The notes below the pieces were generated by a model, which was not told the origin of the DNA, did not search any database, and worked only from the letters and a program-made list of their open reading frames with translations. Position numbers and translations under genes: made by a program. From a virus (lineage: Duplodnaviria > Heunggongvirae > Uroviricota > Caudoviricetes), in the IMG/VR virus record IMGVR_UViG_2698536687_000001: 64,000 nucleotides of DNA. One strand, given 5' to 3'. This document shows, one piece after another, positions 25,101-34,404 of this stretch. Numbering within the stretch: position 1 is the first letter of the stretch; every line of letters starts with the position of its first letter.

Positions 25101-25513
25101 CCACTTGTTGTAACTGACATACCATTAGCGATAGTCATTGAAGAATTATTGTCAAGTGAAATACCTGATGCGTTTTTTCCTTTTGTTGTTATTGCAATCC
25201 CACCTTGAGAGTTAAGCGCGGAATTGCTGGAGATATTAACTCCGTTTGCCTTATCACCTTCTGTAGATAAGGTAACTGTACCTTCGGTAGTTAGCTTCCC
25301 TGAATTTGTGATAGAAATTGCATACCCATCACTTCCTGTATTACTTCCTGTATCAATATCGATCTGTTCTTTTTTAACTTGAACAGTATTATCAATATCA
25401 ATAGGAGCAGTTGATGCGTAAGCGTTTGAAAATAATGCGCCGATTATTGCTGCCAGCATGGACAAACGAGGAGCCCCCTCTCTTGAAGAGCTATTATAAG
25501 CAGAAAGTGACAT
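22194..25513 (-). CDS. AIDA-I-type autotransporter adhesin (type Va), interrupted by an assembly gap in its PNPTP linker
   Basis: Signal peptide from MSLS (GAGG RBS), passenger with degenerate NxSG/TxSG repeats, C-terminal beta-barrel ending GVKYTF; the two six-frame ORFs are one gene split by the N-run. Confidence 0.8.
23229..23289. other. Assembly gap (61 N) within the proline-rich linker repeat of the autotransporter
   Basis: Run of N flanked by near-identical GGTCCGGGTTCGGAGT repeats. Confidence 0.99.
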
Positions 25514-26005
25514 AGGTAACCTCAAGATTATACATTATCGAACCAGTATTTTAGTTTGCTGGGTAATTATATTTTCGGAAACATTCATGCATTTTGCTGC
25601 ACAAATCTGAAAGATGATAAATAAGGAAGTTAAATAAATCAATTATTCGTTTTAAATAAATTTCAAACAAAAAAATTACCAAGCAAATATATGCAGGCAG
25701 CATGCGTTTTTACACAAAAAAAAACGCGAGGCATTGAATTTGTATTCAATATTGGCTATGAAAACAACATGGTGGTTTGATGGCTATTAATTTCTTTATT
25801 TATCACTTTTATGTTTATTATATATCTATTAAGAAGGTTAGTAATGAATAATTATATAAAGCTAGCAGCCTCCATTTGTAATTGGTTTTTATCGGTTGTT
25901 TTGGTTTGGTTTATTATGTGTTTAAAAAATGTGTTTGCTTTGTATGCAAGAATGTTTGATAGCCGCTTAAGTGGTAATTTTGGCTTTGGGATAATTAAAT
26001 ATAAG

Positions 26006-26647
26006 TTATAGGTGACCATATTTACCTGTGAGTATACCTTGCGGCACACGAGTTTCTCCCATTCGTTGAGTAGCATTAATAATATTGATGAATGATTCTA
26101 TCAGCGAGGGTTCACGTTGCGTATTACTCCTGCCAACCATTGCCTGAATATAGTTCGCACTCACTACGTTGTTGTATTCAGTTGCAAAGCAACATAGTAA
26201 CGTCAGAACGTGCTCTGTCGTTATTTCGCTCCAGTTGATGTTGAAAAATTCATCGCCTTTTTTGTCATGTTCGGAATCGAAGATGCTTTGGTGGAGGATG
26301 TATTTGCCGGATTCCTTGCGCGGTAACTTAATCGCTTTCTGGCGTTCCAGCTCTTTGTAAATCTGCATTGCCTCAATTAGTACCGGCCTGCCGTTCATGA
26401 AGGGATCGCGCAACCTTACACGCTGGCCAACTCGACCAGTAATAAAGCTGTTTTCCTCTTCCACCAGCACGATAAAACCCTTTTCCTCTTTTTCTCGCAA
26501 TTCGCGCAGCAGCTGGAGTTCCATATCGCGGCGGCGTTCAGGGTAGCTGGTCCGCTCAGCCATTATCAGCTCGTTATTGATCCATGCAGCAGTCATTGAC
26601 GCCGGTTTGCCGACGCTCATCGAAACAACGCATATTTTCTTATCCAT
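26006..26647 (-). CDS. mat: Hypothetical protein at the P1 Mat position
   Basis: 213 aa from ATG 26647 (MDKKICVV); sits between the cargo island and ref as mat does in P1. Confidence 0.45.
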   Translation of the reverse strand: MDKKICVVSMSVGKPASMTAAWINNELIMAERTSYPERRRDMELQLLRELREKEEKGFIVLVEEENSFITGRVGQRVRLRDPFMNGRPVLIEAMQIYKELERQKAIKLPRKESGKYILHQSIFDSEHDKKGDEFFNINWSEITTEHVLTLLCCFATEYNNVVSANYIQAMVGRSNTQREPSLIESFINIINATQRMGETRVPQGILTGKYGHL

Positions 26648-26836
26648 AGCGCCCCCTACAAAAAAGAAAAGCCACCAGCGGCGGCTTAGCAATACAACTG
26701 AAGGTAGCGCCCGGTACTCAGACTGTGCCGTCCATGGAATATTTGAAAAGGGATCCATCCGTACCGGGCGTGTGATGATTCTGACTGAAGTCACTTGTCA
26801 GTTGTCAATCATTTATCATTAAAAATAATATATTTA

Positions 26837-27397
26837 TTAGTGCATGATGTTTGCCATCTCATAGGCGTCAGCCAGTAACTCCATCTCTGACTTGTTCAGC
26901 AGGGTGAATTCTTTCTTGCCTCCAACCACACCATCGGCATGAACAGGGACCAGCCAGGGGTATTTTGCTCTTACTTCAGCCGGTGCTGCATGCTGGTGGT
27001 GCCATCTACAAAGGGGCAATTGCTTATTGTGACAACCAGGCGCGGTACGACCGGAGATATGGTGCAGAGACACCTCTTCAGATATTACTCCATGCATATA
27101 GCAGGCAATGCAGGGGAGAGCGCCAAGAGCATTGGCTATGCGCCGTTCCTCTGCCGTCGGTGTTCGTCCCTTCAAGCCACGAGATTTTATTTTTACCGCG
27201 ATTTTCCGCGTTTTGCTGGTTAGTGGGCGTTCTTTCTGTTTAGCGATACGGCGGTCGATAGTATCCCGCATTTTCTGATATTGAGATTCTCGCCAGACCG
27301 GATCAGCCAACTTCTCCCGTTGCCGAGCGATCGCTCGTTCTCTGGCTGCCTTCTGCCACTTGCGGCACTGTTCAATTTTTTGTTCGATTGTTTTCAT
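26837..27397 (-). CDS. ref: Ref, HNH-motif recombination enhancement endonuclease
   Basis: 186 aa, basic N-terminus, C-terminal CxxC...HH...CRWHH HNH-like motif; downstream of cre as in P1. Confidence 0.75.
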   Translation of the reverse strand: MKTIEQKIEQCRKWQKAARERAIARQREKLADPVWRESQYQKMRDTIDRRIAKQKERPLTSKTRKIAVKIKSRGLKGRTPTAEERRIANALGALPCIACYMHGVISEEVSLHHISGRTAPGCHNKQLPLCRWHHQHAAPAEVRAKYPWLVPVHADGVVGGKKEFTLLNKSEMELLADAYEMANIMH

Positions 27398-27486
27398 ATG
27401 GTCAAAAAAAAGGCGGCCTAATGGCCGCCTATGATGTCAAGGAGTGAAGTAATGGCAACGTCTTCGTAGTTGACAAAAACTACGAC

Positions 27487-27503
27487 TCAATTATAGCAAC
27501 CAA
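27487..27503 (-). promoter_or_regulatory. C1-operator-like site upstream of ref
   Basis: CAACCAATTAGAGCAAT, core ATTAGAGCAAT conserved. Confidence 0.45.
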
Positions 27504-27644
27504 TTAGAGCAATTAAAGTTGTTTATTTATCGCGAATCACATTTTTTCACTTCAGTACCTGTGTGCTATACTCCTTCTTGATTGATTGGATGCGGAATAC
27601 AAACCCGCTCTTTTGTGCAGCCTGGCTCCTTGCCAGGCTTTTTT

Positions 27645-27956
27645 TTATTTCATCATGGAAGCTGTTAACGCTTTGGACCTTGCTGAACTGATTGAGAGGG
27701 CTTTGTCAACGTGCCCCAAAAATTCGCCAAACTCAGACATCACTTTAGCAAAACCGCGCCGTGCTTCTTCCTCGGTGGCATTCATCACGAAATGTTCAGC
27801 ACCACGCATACTTTTGACAGGGAACGCAACGGATATTGAATCAATATCAGGCATTCTATCGCTCAGCTTTACAGTGACAATGACGGCTGGCGACTGAATA
27901 TTAGTGCTTACAGACAGCACTACATATTTTCCGTCGATTTTGAAATCCTTTCTCAT
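27645..27956 (-). CDS. cra: Small protein between cre and ref (P1 Cra position)
   Basis: 103-aa ORF with GGTGA RBS; named by position only. Confidence 0.35.
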   Translation of the reverse strand: MRKDFKIDGKYVVLSVSTNIQSPAVIVTVKLSDRMPDIDSISVAFPVKSMRGAEHFVMNATEEEARRGFAKVMSEFGEFLGHVDKALSISSARSKALTASMMK

Positions 27957-27972
27957 ATGTCACCATAAATAT

Positions 27973-27989
27973 CAAAGAATTAGAGCAAT
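27973..27989 (-). promoter_or_regulatory. C1-operator-like site between cre and cra
   Basis: CAAAGAATTAGAGCAAT, core conserved. Confidence 0.45.
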
Positions 27990-28006
27990 CATTTACGCGT
28001 TAATGG

Positions 28007-29038
28007 CTAATCGCCATCTTCCAGCAGGCGCACCATTGCCCCTGTTTCACTATCCAGGTTACGGATATAGTTCATGACAATATTTACGTTGGTCCAGCCA
28101 CCAGCTTGCATGATCTCCGGTATTGAAACTCCGGCACGGGCCATATCTCGCGCGGCTCCGACACGGGCACTGTGTCCAGACCAGGCCAGGTACCTCTGGC
28201 CAGAGTCATCCTTAGCCCCGTAAATCAATCGGTGAGTTGCTTCAAAAATCCCTTCCAGGGCGCGAGTTGATAGCTGGCTGGTGGGTGATGGCGAGGCAAC
28301 ACCATTTTTTCTGACCCGGCAAAACAAGTAGTTATTCGGATCATCAGCCACACCAGAGACAGAAATCCATCGCTCGACCAGTTTAGTTACCCCCAGGCTA
28401 AGTGCCTTCTCTACACCTGCGGTGCTAACCAGCGTTTTCGTTCTGCCAATATGGATTAACATTCTCCCACCGTCAGTACGTGAGATATCTTTAACCCTGA
28501 TCCTAGAAATTTCGGCTATACGTAACAGGGTGTTATAAGCAATCCCCAGAAATGCCAGATTACGTATATCCTGACAGCGATCGCTATTTTCCATGAGTGA
28601 ACGAACCTGGTCGAAATCAGTGCGTTCGAACGCCAGTGCCTGTTTTGCACGTTCACCGGCATCAACGTTTTCTTTTCGGATCCGTCGCATGACCAGTGAA
28701 ACAGCATTACTGTCACTTGGTCGTGGCAGCCCGGACCGACGATGAAGCATGTTTAGTTGGCCCAAATGTTGCTGGATAGTTTTTACTGCCAGACCGCGCG
28801 CCTGAAGATATAGAAGATAATCGCGAACATCTTCAGGTTCTGCGGGAAACCATTTCCGGTTATTCAACTTGCACCATGCCGCCCACGACCGGCAAACGGA
28901 CAGAAGCATTTTCCAGGTATGCTCAGAAAACGCCTGGCGATCCCTGAACATGTCCATCAGGTTCTTGCGAACCTCATCACTCGTTGCATCGACCGGTAAT
29001 GCAGGCAAATTTTGGTGTACGGTCAGTAAATTGGACAT
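28007..29038 (-). CDS. cre: Cre tyrosine recombinase
   Basis: 343 aa beginning MSNLLTVHQNLPALPVDATSDEVRKNLMDMFRDRQAFSEHTWKMLLSVCRSWAAWCKL, the well-known Cre sequence, with catalytic RHRY residues in the C-terminal domain. Confidence 0.98.
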   Translation of the reverse strand: MSNLLTVHQNLPALPVDATSDEVRKNLMDMFRDRQAFSEHTWKMLLSVCRSWAAWCKLNNRKWFPAEPEDVRDYLLYLQARGLAVKTIQQHLGQLNMLHRRSGLPRPSDSNAVSLVMRRIRKENVDAGERAKQALAFERTDFDQVRSLMENSDRCQDIRNLAFLGIAYNTLLRIAEISRIRVKDISRTDGGRMLIHIGRTKTLVSTAGVEKALSLGVTKLVERWISVSGVADDPNNYLFCRVRKNGVASPSPTSQLSTRALEGIFEATHRLIYGAKDDSGQRYLAWSGHSARVGAARDMARAGVSIPEIMQAGGWTNVNIVMNYIRNLDSETGAMVRLLEDGD

Positions 29039-29045
29039 TTAACAC

Positions 29046-29267
29046 TCAGATAATGGTTTTAAGTAAAGTGTACAGGATCGGCTCTGCCTTTACCTGTTTA
29101 TGGTTCTCGTCATAGAAACGCCAGCGACCGCGCGTGCGTTCTATTTTCTCTTCACCGCGCGATAATGACAGTTGACAACTATCACGATCAAACCCTTTTG
29201 CCCGCCAGTAACCACGGTTTTTCTCAAGCTCAATATGAGTGGACACTTTAGCAGCTGAATATCCCAT
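29046..29267 (-). CDS. Unverified small ORF between loxP and cre
   Basis: 73-aa ORF with AGGTG 5 nt upstream of ATG; lies in the cre promoter region. Confidence 0.25.
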   Translation of the reverse strand: MGYSAAKVSTHIELEKNRGYWRAKGFDRDSCQLSLSRGEEKIERTRGRWRFYDENHKQVKAEPILYTLLKTII

Positions 29268-29455
29268 TTTTCACCTCTGATTGATTGGTGGTGCTAAGTG
29301 CGCTACGCAAAATCTGGAGCACTAACACTGCCAACATTTCGCAGATTTTACGTAGCGCAACCTTGATCAAATGATCAAGTGATCACTATTTGACCTGATA
29401 AGGTATTGAACTGTATGGATTTACAGGTAAATTGATCATATTCAATAACCCTTAA

Positions 29456-29489
29456 GATAACTTCGTATAATGTATGCTATACGAAGTTA
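29456..29489. other. loxP: loxP recombination site
   Basis: Exact ATAACTTCGTATA-ATGTATGC-TATACGAAGTTAT. Confidence 0.98.
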
Positions 29490-29533
29490 TCAGGTCCGAA
29501 GAGGAGTTTACGTCCAGCTGCGCACAAAAATCA

Positions 29534-29640
29534 ATAATTATTAGAGCAATAAATTTTGAGAGAAAAATCCCACTCCACCAGCTAAAAACTGGATTGTTTT
29601 TCATAGTTGTTTGACAATTGCTCTAATAAATTATAGTTTT
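29534..29640 (+). promoter_or_regulatory. C1-controlled promoter/operator region (Op99-like) for coi-c1
   Basis: Operator-like 17-mers at 29534-29550 (reverse) and 29617-29633 (ATTGCTCTAATAAATTA), the latter directly after a TTGACA -35 hexamer (29611-29616) and overlapping a TATAGT -10. Confidence 0.6.
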
Positions 29641-29871
29641 GCCGCCGTTACGTAATACGACTTTGGATTCACTATTTAATGTGTCTTCAGCGTTGTAGAG
29701 CGGCTCAGAAGGAAATGAGCAAACAGGGAAACCTTATACAACGGCATTACAGCTATGCATTGCTCATCTTACACACAGCGCAATGTTGTTAGATTACCCC
29801 AGCATGGATCATGGGTGAAACAGTAGGTCAGAGCTTCAGGCTCTGTGTTGTCAATACAGTGAGGCATAATT

Positions 29872-30081
29872 ATGGCTTTCATTCAACCAACCATCGACGA
29901 CGTTAGACATTGCTCTAACGCTTTATCTGTAGACCCTGCCGAAACCGACGCTGCCCGCGCCATTGCTGAACACTACTCAAAGATATCCAATCAGGAGTAC
30001 CGCATCACCCAAGACGACCTGGATGACCTCACTGACACAATCGAATATCTCATGGCAACTAACCAGTTAGACTCACAATAA
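29872..30081 (+). CDS. coi: Coi, C1 inactivator
   Basis: 69 aa, immediately upstream of c1 in the same orientation. Confidence 0.85.
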   Translation: MAFIQPTIDDVRHCSNALSVDPAETDAARAIAEHYSKISNQEYRITQDDLDDLTDTIEYLMATNQLDSQ

Positions 30082-30191
30082 ATGCACTAATAAATCTATT
30101 ATTTTTGTTTGATCCCTCTATAATATAGGTCAGTAATGACCGGTTTTCTCAGCCGGGCGTTATTGACCATGTCAATTCTGGAGGAGGATCA

Positions 30192-31043
30192 ATGATAAAT
30201 TATGTCTACGGCGAACAACTGTACCAGGAGTTCGTCAGCTTCAGGGATCTCTTTCTAAAAAAAGCTGTTGCACGCGCCCAACACGTTGATACAGCCAGCG
30301 ACGGTCGTCCTGTACGCCCGGTTGTCGTTCTACCGTTCAAAGAAACTGACAGCATTCAGGCTGAAATTGATAAATGGACTTTAATGGCGCGGGAACTGGA
30401 ACAGTACCCAGACCTCAATATCCCAAAGACTATTTTATATCCAGTGCCTAACATCCTTCGCGGTGTGCGCAAGGTTACAACTTATCAGACAGAAGCTGTG
30501 AACAGCGTCAACATGACCGCTGGCCGCATTATTCATCTGATTGATAAGGACATTCGCATCCAAAAAAGCGCGGGGATCAATGAGCACAGTGCGAAATACA
30601 TAGAGAACCTGGAAGCAACAAAAGAGCTAATGAGGCAGTACCCGGAGGATGAAAAATTCCGTATGCGCGTACACGGCTTTAGCGAAACAATGCTGCGCGT
30701 CCACTACATTTCCAGTAGCCCTAACTACAATGATGGTAAATCAGTTAGTTACCATGTGCCACTGTGTGGCGTGTTTATCTGCGATGAAACTCTCCGTGAT
30801 GGAATTATCATCAACGGTGAATTCGAAAAAGCAAAATTTAGCCTTTATGACTCCATAGAACCGATCATCTGCGACCGCTGGCCGCAAGCAAAAATATATC
30901 GCCTGGCAGATATTGAAAATGTAAAAAAACAAATTGCCATCACTCGCGAAGAGAAAAAGGTTAAGTCAGCCGCATCAGTTACGCGCAGCCGTAAAACCAA
31001 GAAGGGGCAGCCAGTAAACGACAACCCCGAAAGCGCGCAATAA
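30192..31043 (+). CDS. c1: C1 immunity repressor
   Basis: 283 aa beginning MINYVYGEQLYQEFVSFRDLFLKKAVARAQHVD, matching P1 C1 as recalled. Confidence 0.95.
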   Translation: MINYVYGEQLYQEFVSFRDLFLKKAVARAQHVDTASDGRPVRPVVVLPFKETDSIQAEIDKWTLMARELEQYPDLNIPKTILYPVPNILRGVRKVTTYQTEAVNSVNMTAGRIIHLIDKDIRIQKSAGINEHSAKYIENLEATKELMRQYPEDEKFRMRVHGFSETMLRVHYISSSPNYNDGKSVSYHVPLCGVFICDETLRDGIIINGEFEKAKFSLYDSIEPIICDRWPQAKIYRLADIENVKKQIAITREEKKVKSAASVTRSRKTKKGQPVNDNPESAQ

Positions 31044-31052
31044 ATTATGCCC

Positions 31053-31318
31053 NNNNNNNNNNNNNNNNNNNNNNNNNNNNNNNNNNNNNNNNNNNNNNNN
31101 NNNNNNNNNNNNNNNNNNNNNNNNNNNNNNNNNNNNNNNNNNNNNNNNNNNNNNNNNNNNNNNNNNNNNNNNNNNNNNNNNNNNNNNNNNNNNNNNNNNN
31201 NNNNNNNNNNNNNNNNNNNNNNNNNNNNNNNNNNNNNNNNNNNNNNNNNNNNNNNNNNNNNNNNNNNNNNNNNNNNNNNNNNNNNNNNNNNNNNNNNNNN
31301 NNNNNNNNNNNNNNNNNN
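31053..31318. other. Assembly gap (266 N)
   Basis: Run of N starting 9 nt after the c1 stop. Confidence 0.99.
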
Positions 31319-31997
31319 CCGGTTGCTGTTCTTTTTGTCGGAAGTAGCTGTCTTCCAGTTTTTCAAAGAATGCCCATGCCTGATCGGTTTCGAGCATTTT
31401 AGCGTGACGGGCAGCTCCTCGTTCTGTCCAGAGGATGAGAGAGCGCGCTTTGGGGGAGACTGGATTTTGTGAGTAGTTTAAAGCTACCCGCAAATTTTTC
31501 AGCTCATCGCCAATAACCTTGAAAAAGTGCTTCGCTTCAACAAAGCGTACTTTGTTCTCATGATGATTCTGGCGAATGCGAATCGCTTCTGTACCATACC
31601 CCTTAGCAAGAGTTTCGGTTGTTACGACACGCACTCCCTGCCACTCCAGAACGGGAATTTCATCCGGCTGATTCTGAACAACCACCAGTTCCGATTCCTG
31701 AACTGAAGGTGCATAAATTTTTTCTGATTTAACGTTAGTTGCTTTCATTCTGTGTGCCTCCTTGCGTGCTTCGGCTGCGACGGTTGCGTAATTCAGATGA
31801 CCCTGTTCGAGCAGGTATTCACGGATATCGGTTAGCAGAATGCGGTGAACCGCGTTTTTGTCCTTTCTCCGGTAAAGTTGTTTGGTGATCATGAAGTAGT
31901 TGGCAATAACGCCAGGTATATCCCTGGTACTGATACAGGCAGTGTGCTGTTCAATTGCCTCGATCATCTCTTCACGGGTAACTAACGATGTTCTCAT
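31319..31997 (-). CDS. ant: Antirepressor-like protein, copy 1 (variant allele, 3' part lost in the gap)
   Basis: First 132 aa identical to copy 2, then a diverged central segment; the six-frame ORF 30975-31997 reads through N-derived X residues. Confidence 0.6.
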
Positions 31998-32215
31998 AGT
32001 CCCTCCTGAGCAGAAGCGTTAACAGGGAGGCACCAGTAACTGAGAGAATTGCGTGAATCAGTGGAAAAACGGGCAGAGAAAATACATGGGGCGTCAGGAA
32101 GCTGAGAACGGGCCTCATCTTCTGTCGGTGCAATAACGAAATGATAGTGACGTTTTTGGCAGGAGTAAAAGCGCCAGATAAATTCAGGATGAATTGGGGT
32201 AGGGACAGTAGCCAT
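31994..32215 (-). CDS. icd: Icd-like 73-aa ORF, copy 1, coupled to ant
   Basis: 73 aa, stop overlaps ant start; 2 aa different from copy 2. Confidence 0.5.
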   Translation of the reverse strand: MATVPTPIHPEFIWRFYSCQKRHYHFVIAPTEDEARSQLPDAPCIFSARFSTDSRNSLSYWCLPVNASAQEGL

Positions 32216-32554
32216 AATGGCAGCCTCCTTTGACTAAGTTAAGGAGCTACCGCGTGAGGTCTCAATCTCAATGGCGGTAGCACTGACTGGGTTGAGACTA
32301 CCGGCGTCAAAGGGAACCGGCCTGCCTTTCGGCAGCCCAGCCAGCACTACCATTGATTTCGGAGCTAAACGCTACGTATGGCTGTGCGATGGCATGACAC
32401 AAAAAAAGACGCTTTCGGCGTCTGTGTCGCCTTTGACATTATCCGGGGTCTCAATCCCGGCACCCGTTTTAATGAGGTGCCTGATAAGCATAAACCGAAA
32501 ATGCCTCAAGGCGCAAGAGGTCAGGTTCAATGTAGCATCGGTAGTTAAAAAACA

Positions 32555-32571
32555 CAATTTATTAGAGCAAG
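32555..32571 (-). promoter_or_regulatory. C1-operator-like site (Op51-like) upstream of immI-like copy 1
   Basis: CAATTTATTAGAGCAAG. Confidence 0.45.
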
Positions 32572-32576
32572 TTTTT

Positions 32577-32673
32577 ACTCATTAAGCCATGCCAGAGCTT
32601 CATCAACCTGCGCTTCGTCTTCGGCGCTAAGCACTTCATCCTGGGGAACATAATCCGCCAGCATAGCGAAACC
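32577..32673 (-). pseudogene. Duplicated 3' fragment of pacB at the tandem-duplication junction
   Basis: Near-identical to pacB 3' end (34407-34503), then switches at 32673/32674 to a copy of the c1 3' end. Confidence 0.55.
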
Positions 32674-32714
32674 GCGCAATAAATTATGCCCGGCATCAAC
32701 CGGGCATTCTTCCA

Positions 32715-33827
32715 TTATTCAGCCGCCACCGGTTTTAACAAGCCAGCATCGAGCAGTTTACGCGTCAACCACTGCTGGCCTTTACCCGTTAATTGAGGCG
32801 TCAACCGTATCTGGTAGCCATCTTCATCATCCAGCACCACTTCTTTCACCGTGAAATACCCCGCGTTGATGTACTGCTGGAACGGCACATTTTTACGTCC
32901 ACCGGACGCTATCAGGATGCCGTTCTCCCGTAACCAGGCAAACAGCGCGTTTTGCTTAAGTCCAACAACCTTTGCAAAATTCCCAATCAGGATCCCTTTA
33001 GCTACTGATACCCGGTCGGCAAAATCGACTTTAGGAGCGGCGGCCACCAGCTGCTGATTTAGCTGGTGGGCTTTCTGTTCCAGAAGCTGCTTTTGTTCAG
33101 CCAGTTCGGCAGCCAGGCGCAGAGCTTCTGGAAGCGTCTGGGGGATTGCAACCGGTTGCTGTTCTTTTTGCCGGAAGTAGCTGTCTTCCAGTTTTTCAAA
33201 GAATGCCCATGCTTCATTTGTGTCCACGATCTTAGACATGCGTGCAGCGCCGCGCTCTGTCCAGAGTGTAAGGCTTCTGGCGTTCTTACCAACAGAGTAA
33301 CTTCCGGTTACTCTGTTCTTAAATTCTCTTAATTTTAAACCAGTTAGAAGAAAGTAATGCTTACCTTCTTCAAAGCGGTCAAGGTTGCGAGACAAATTGT
33401 TGCGAATATTGGCTTCATCGACCCCATACCCTCTAGCAAGAGTTTCGGTTGTCACGACACGTACTCCCTGCCATTCCAGAACGGGAATTTCATCCGGCTG
33501 ATTCTGAACAACCACCAGTTCCGATTCCTGAACTGAAGGTGCATAAATTTTTTCTGATTTAACGTTAGTTGCTTTCATTCTGTGTGCCTCCTTGCGTGCT
33601 TCGGCTGCGACGGTTGCGTAATTCAGATGACCCTGTTCGAGCAGGTATTCACGGATATCGGTTAGCAGAATGCGGTGAACCGCGTTTTTGTCCTTTCTCC
33701 GGTAAAGTTGTTTGGTGATCATGAAGTAGTTGGCAATAACGCCCGGTATATCCCTGGTACTGATACAGGCAGTGTGCTGTTCAATTGCCTCGATCATCTC
33801 TTCACGGGTGACTAATGACGTTCTCAT
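32715..33827 (-). CDS. ant: Antirepressor-like protein, copy 2 (full length)
   Basis: 370 aa; C-terminal region ([17 protein letters not shown]) resembles the KilA-C antirepressor domain; convergent with c1 across a GCCCGG...CCGGGC hairpin. Confidence 0.7.
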   Translation of the reverse strand: MRTSLVTREEMIEAIEQHTACISTRDIPGVIANYFMITKQLYRRKDKNAVHRILLTDIREYLLEQGHLNYATVAAEARKEAHRMKATNVKSEKIYAPSVQESELVVVQNQPDEIPVLEWQGVRVVTTETLARGYGVDEANIRNNLSRNLDRFEEGKHYFLLTGLKLREFKNRVTGSYSVGKNARSLTLWTERGAARMSKIVDTNEAWAFFEKLEDSYFRQKEQQPVAIPQTLPEALRLAAELAEQKQLLEQKAHQLNQQLVAAAPKVDFADRVSVAKGILIGNFAKVVGLKQNALFAWLRENGILIASGGRKNVPFQQYINAGYFTVKEVVLDDEDGYQIRLTPQLTGKGQQWLTRKLLDAGLLKPVAAE

Positions 33828-34045
33828 AGTCCCTCCTGAGCAGAAGCGTTAACAGGGAGGCACCAGTAACTGAGAGAATTGCGCGAATCGGTAGAAAAGC
33901 GGGCAGAGAAAATACAGGGAGCATCCGGAAGCTGAGAACGTGCCTCATCTTCTGTCGGTGCAATAACGAAGTGATAGTGACGTTTTTGGCAGGAGTAAAA
34001 GCGCCAGATAAATTCAGGATGAGCAGGGGTAGGGATAGTAGCCAC
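33824..34045 (-). CDS. icd: Icd-like 73-aa ORF, copy 2
   Basis: 73 aa, stop overlaps ant start; arrangement as P1 icd-ant. Confidence 0.5.
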   Translation of the reverse strand: MATIPTPAHPEFIWRFYSCQKRHYHFVIAPTEDEARSQLPDAPCIFSARFSTDSRNSLSYWCLPVNASAQEGL

Positions 34046-34384
34046 AATGGCAGCCTCCTTTTGCTAATTTAAGGAGCTACCGCGTGAGGTCTCAATCTCA
34101 ATGGCGGTAGCACTGACTGGGTTGAGACTACCGGCGCAAAAGGGAACCGGCCTGCCTTTCGGCAGCCCAGCCAGCACTACCATTGATCTCTGAGCTAAAC
34201 GCTACGTATGGCTGTGCGATGGCATGACACAAAAAAAGACGCTTTTGGCGTCTGTGTCGCCTTTTGCATTATCCGGGGTCTCAATCCCGGCACCCGTTTT
34301 ACTGAGGTGCCTGATAAGCATAAACCGAAAATGCCTCAAGGCGCAAGAGGTCAGGTTCAATGTAACATCGGTAGTTAAAAAACA

Positions 34385-34401
34385 CAATTTATTAGAGCAA
34401 A
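34385..34401 (-). promoter_or_regulatory. C1-operator-like site (Op51-like) upstream of immI-like copy 2
   Basis: CAATTTATTAGAGCAAA, next to pacB stop. Confidence 0.5.
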
Positions 34402-34404
34402 TAT

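Noticed and set aside
23114-25525. Two separate ORFs (803 aa and 338 aa) for the autotransporter
   Set aside because: They are one gene split by a 61-N scaffold gap inside the PNPTP linker; the frame change is an artefact of arbitrary gap length.
30975-31997. 340-aa six-frame ORF through the N-run
   Set aside because: Its C-terminal half is translated from N (X residues); only 31319-31997 is supported, as the 5' part of an antirepressor allele.
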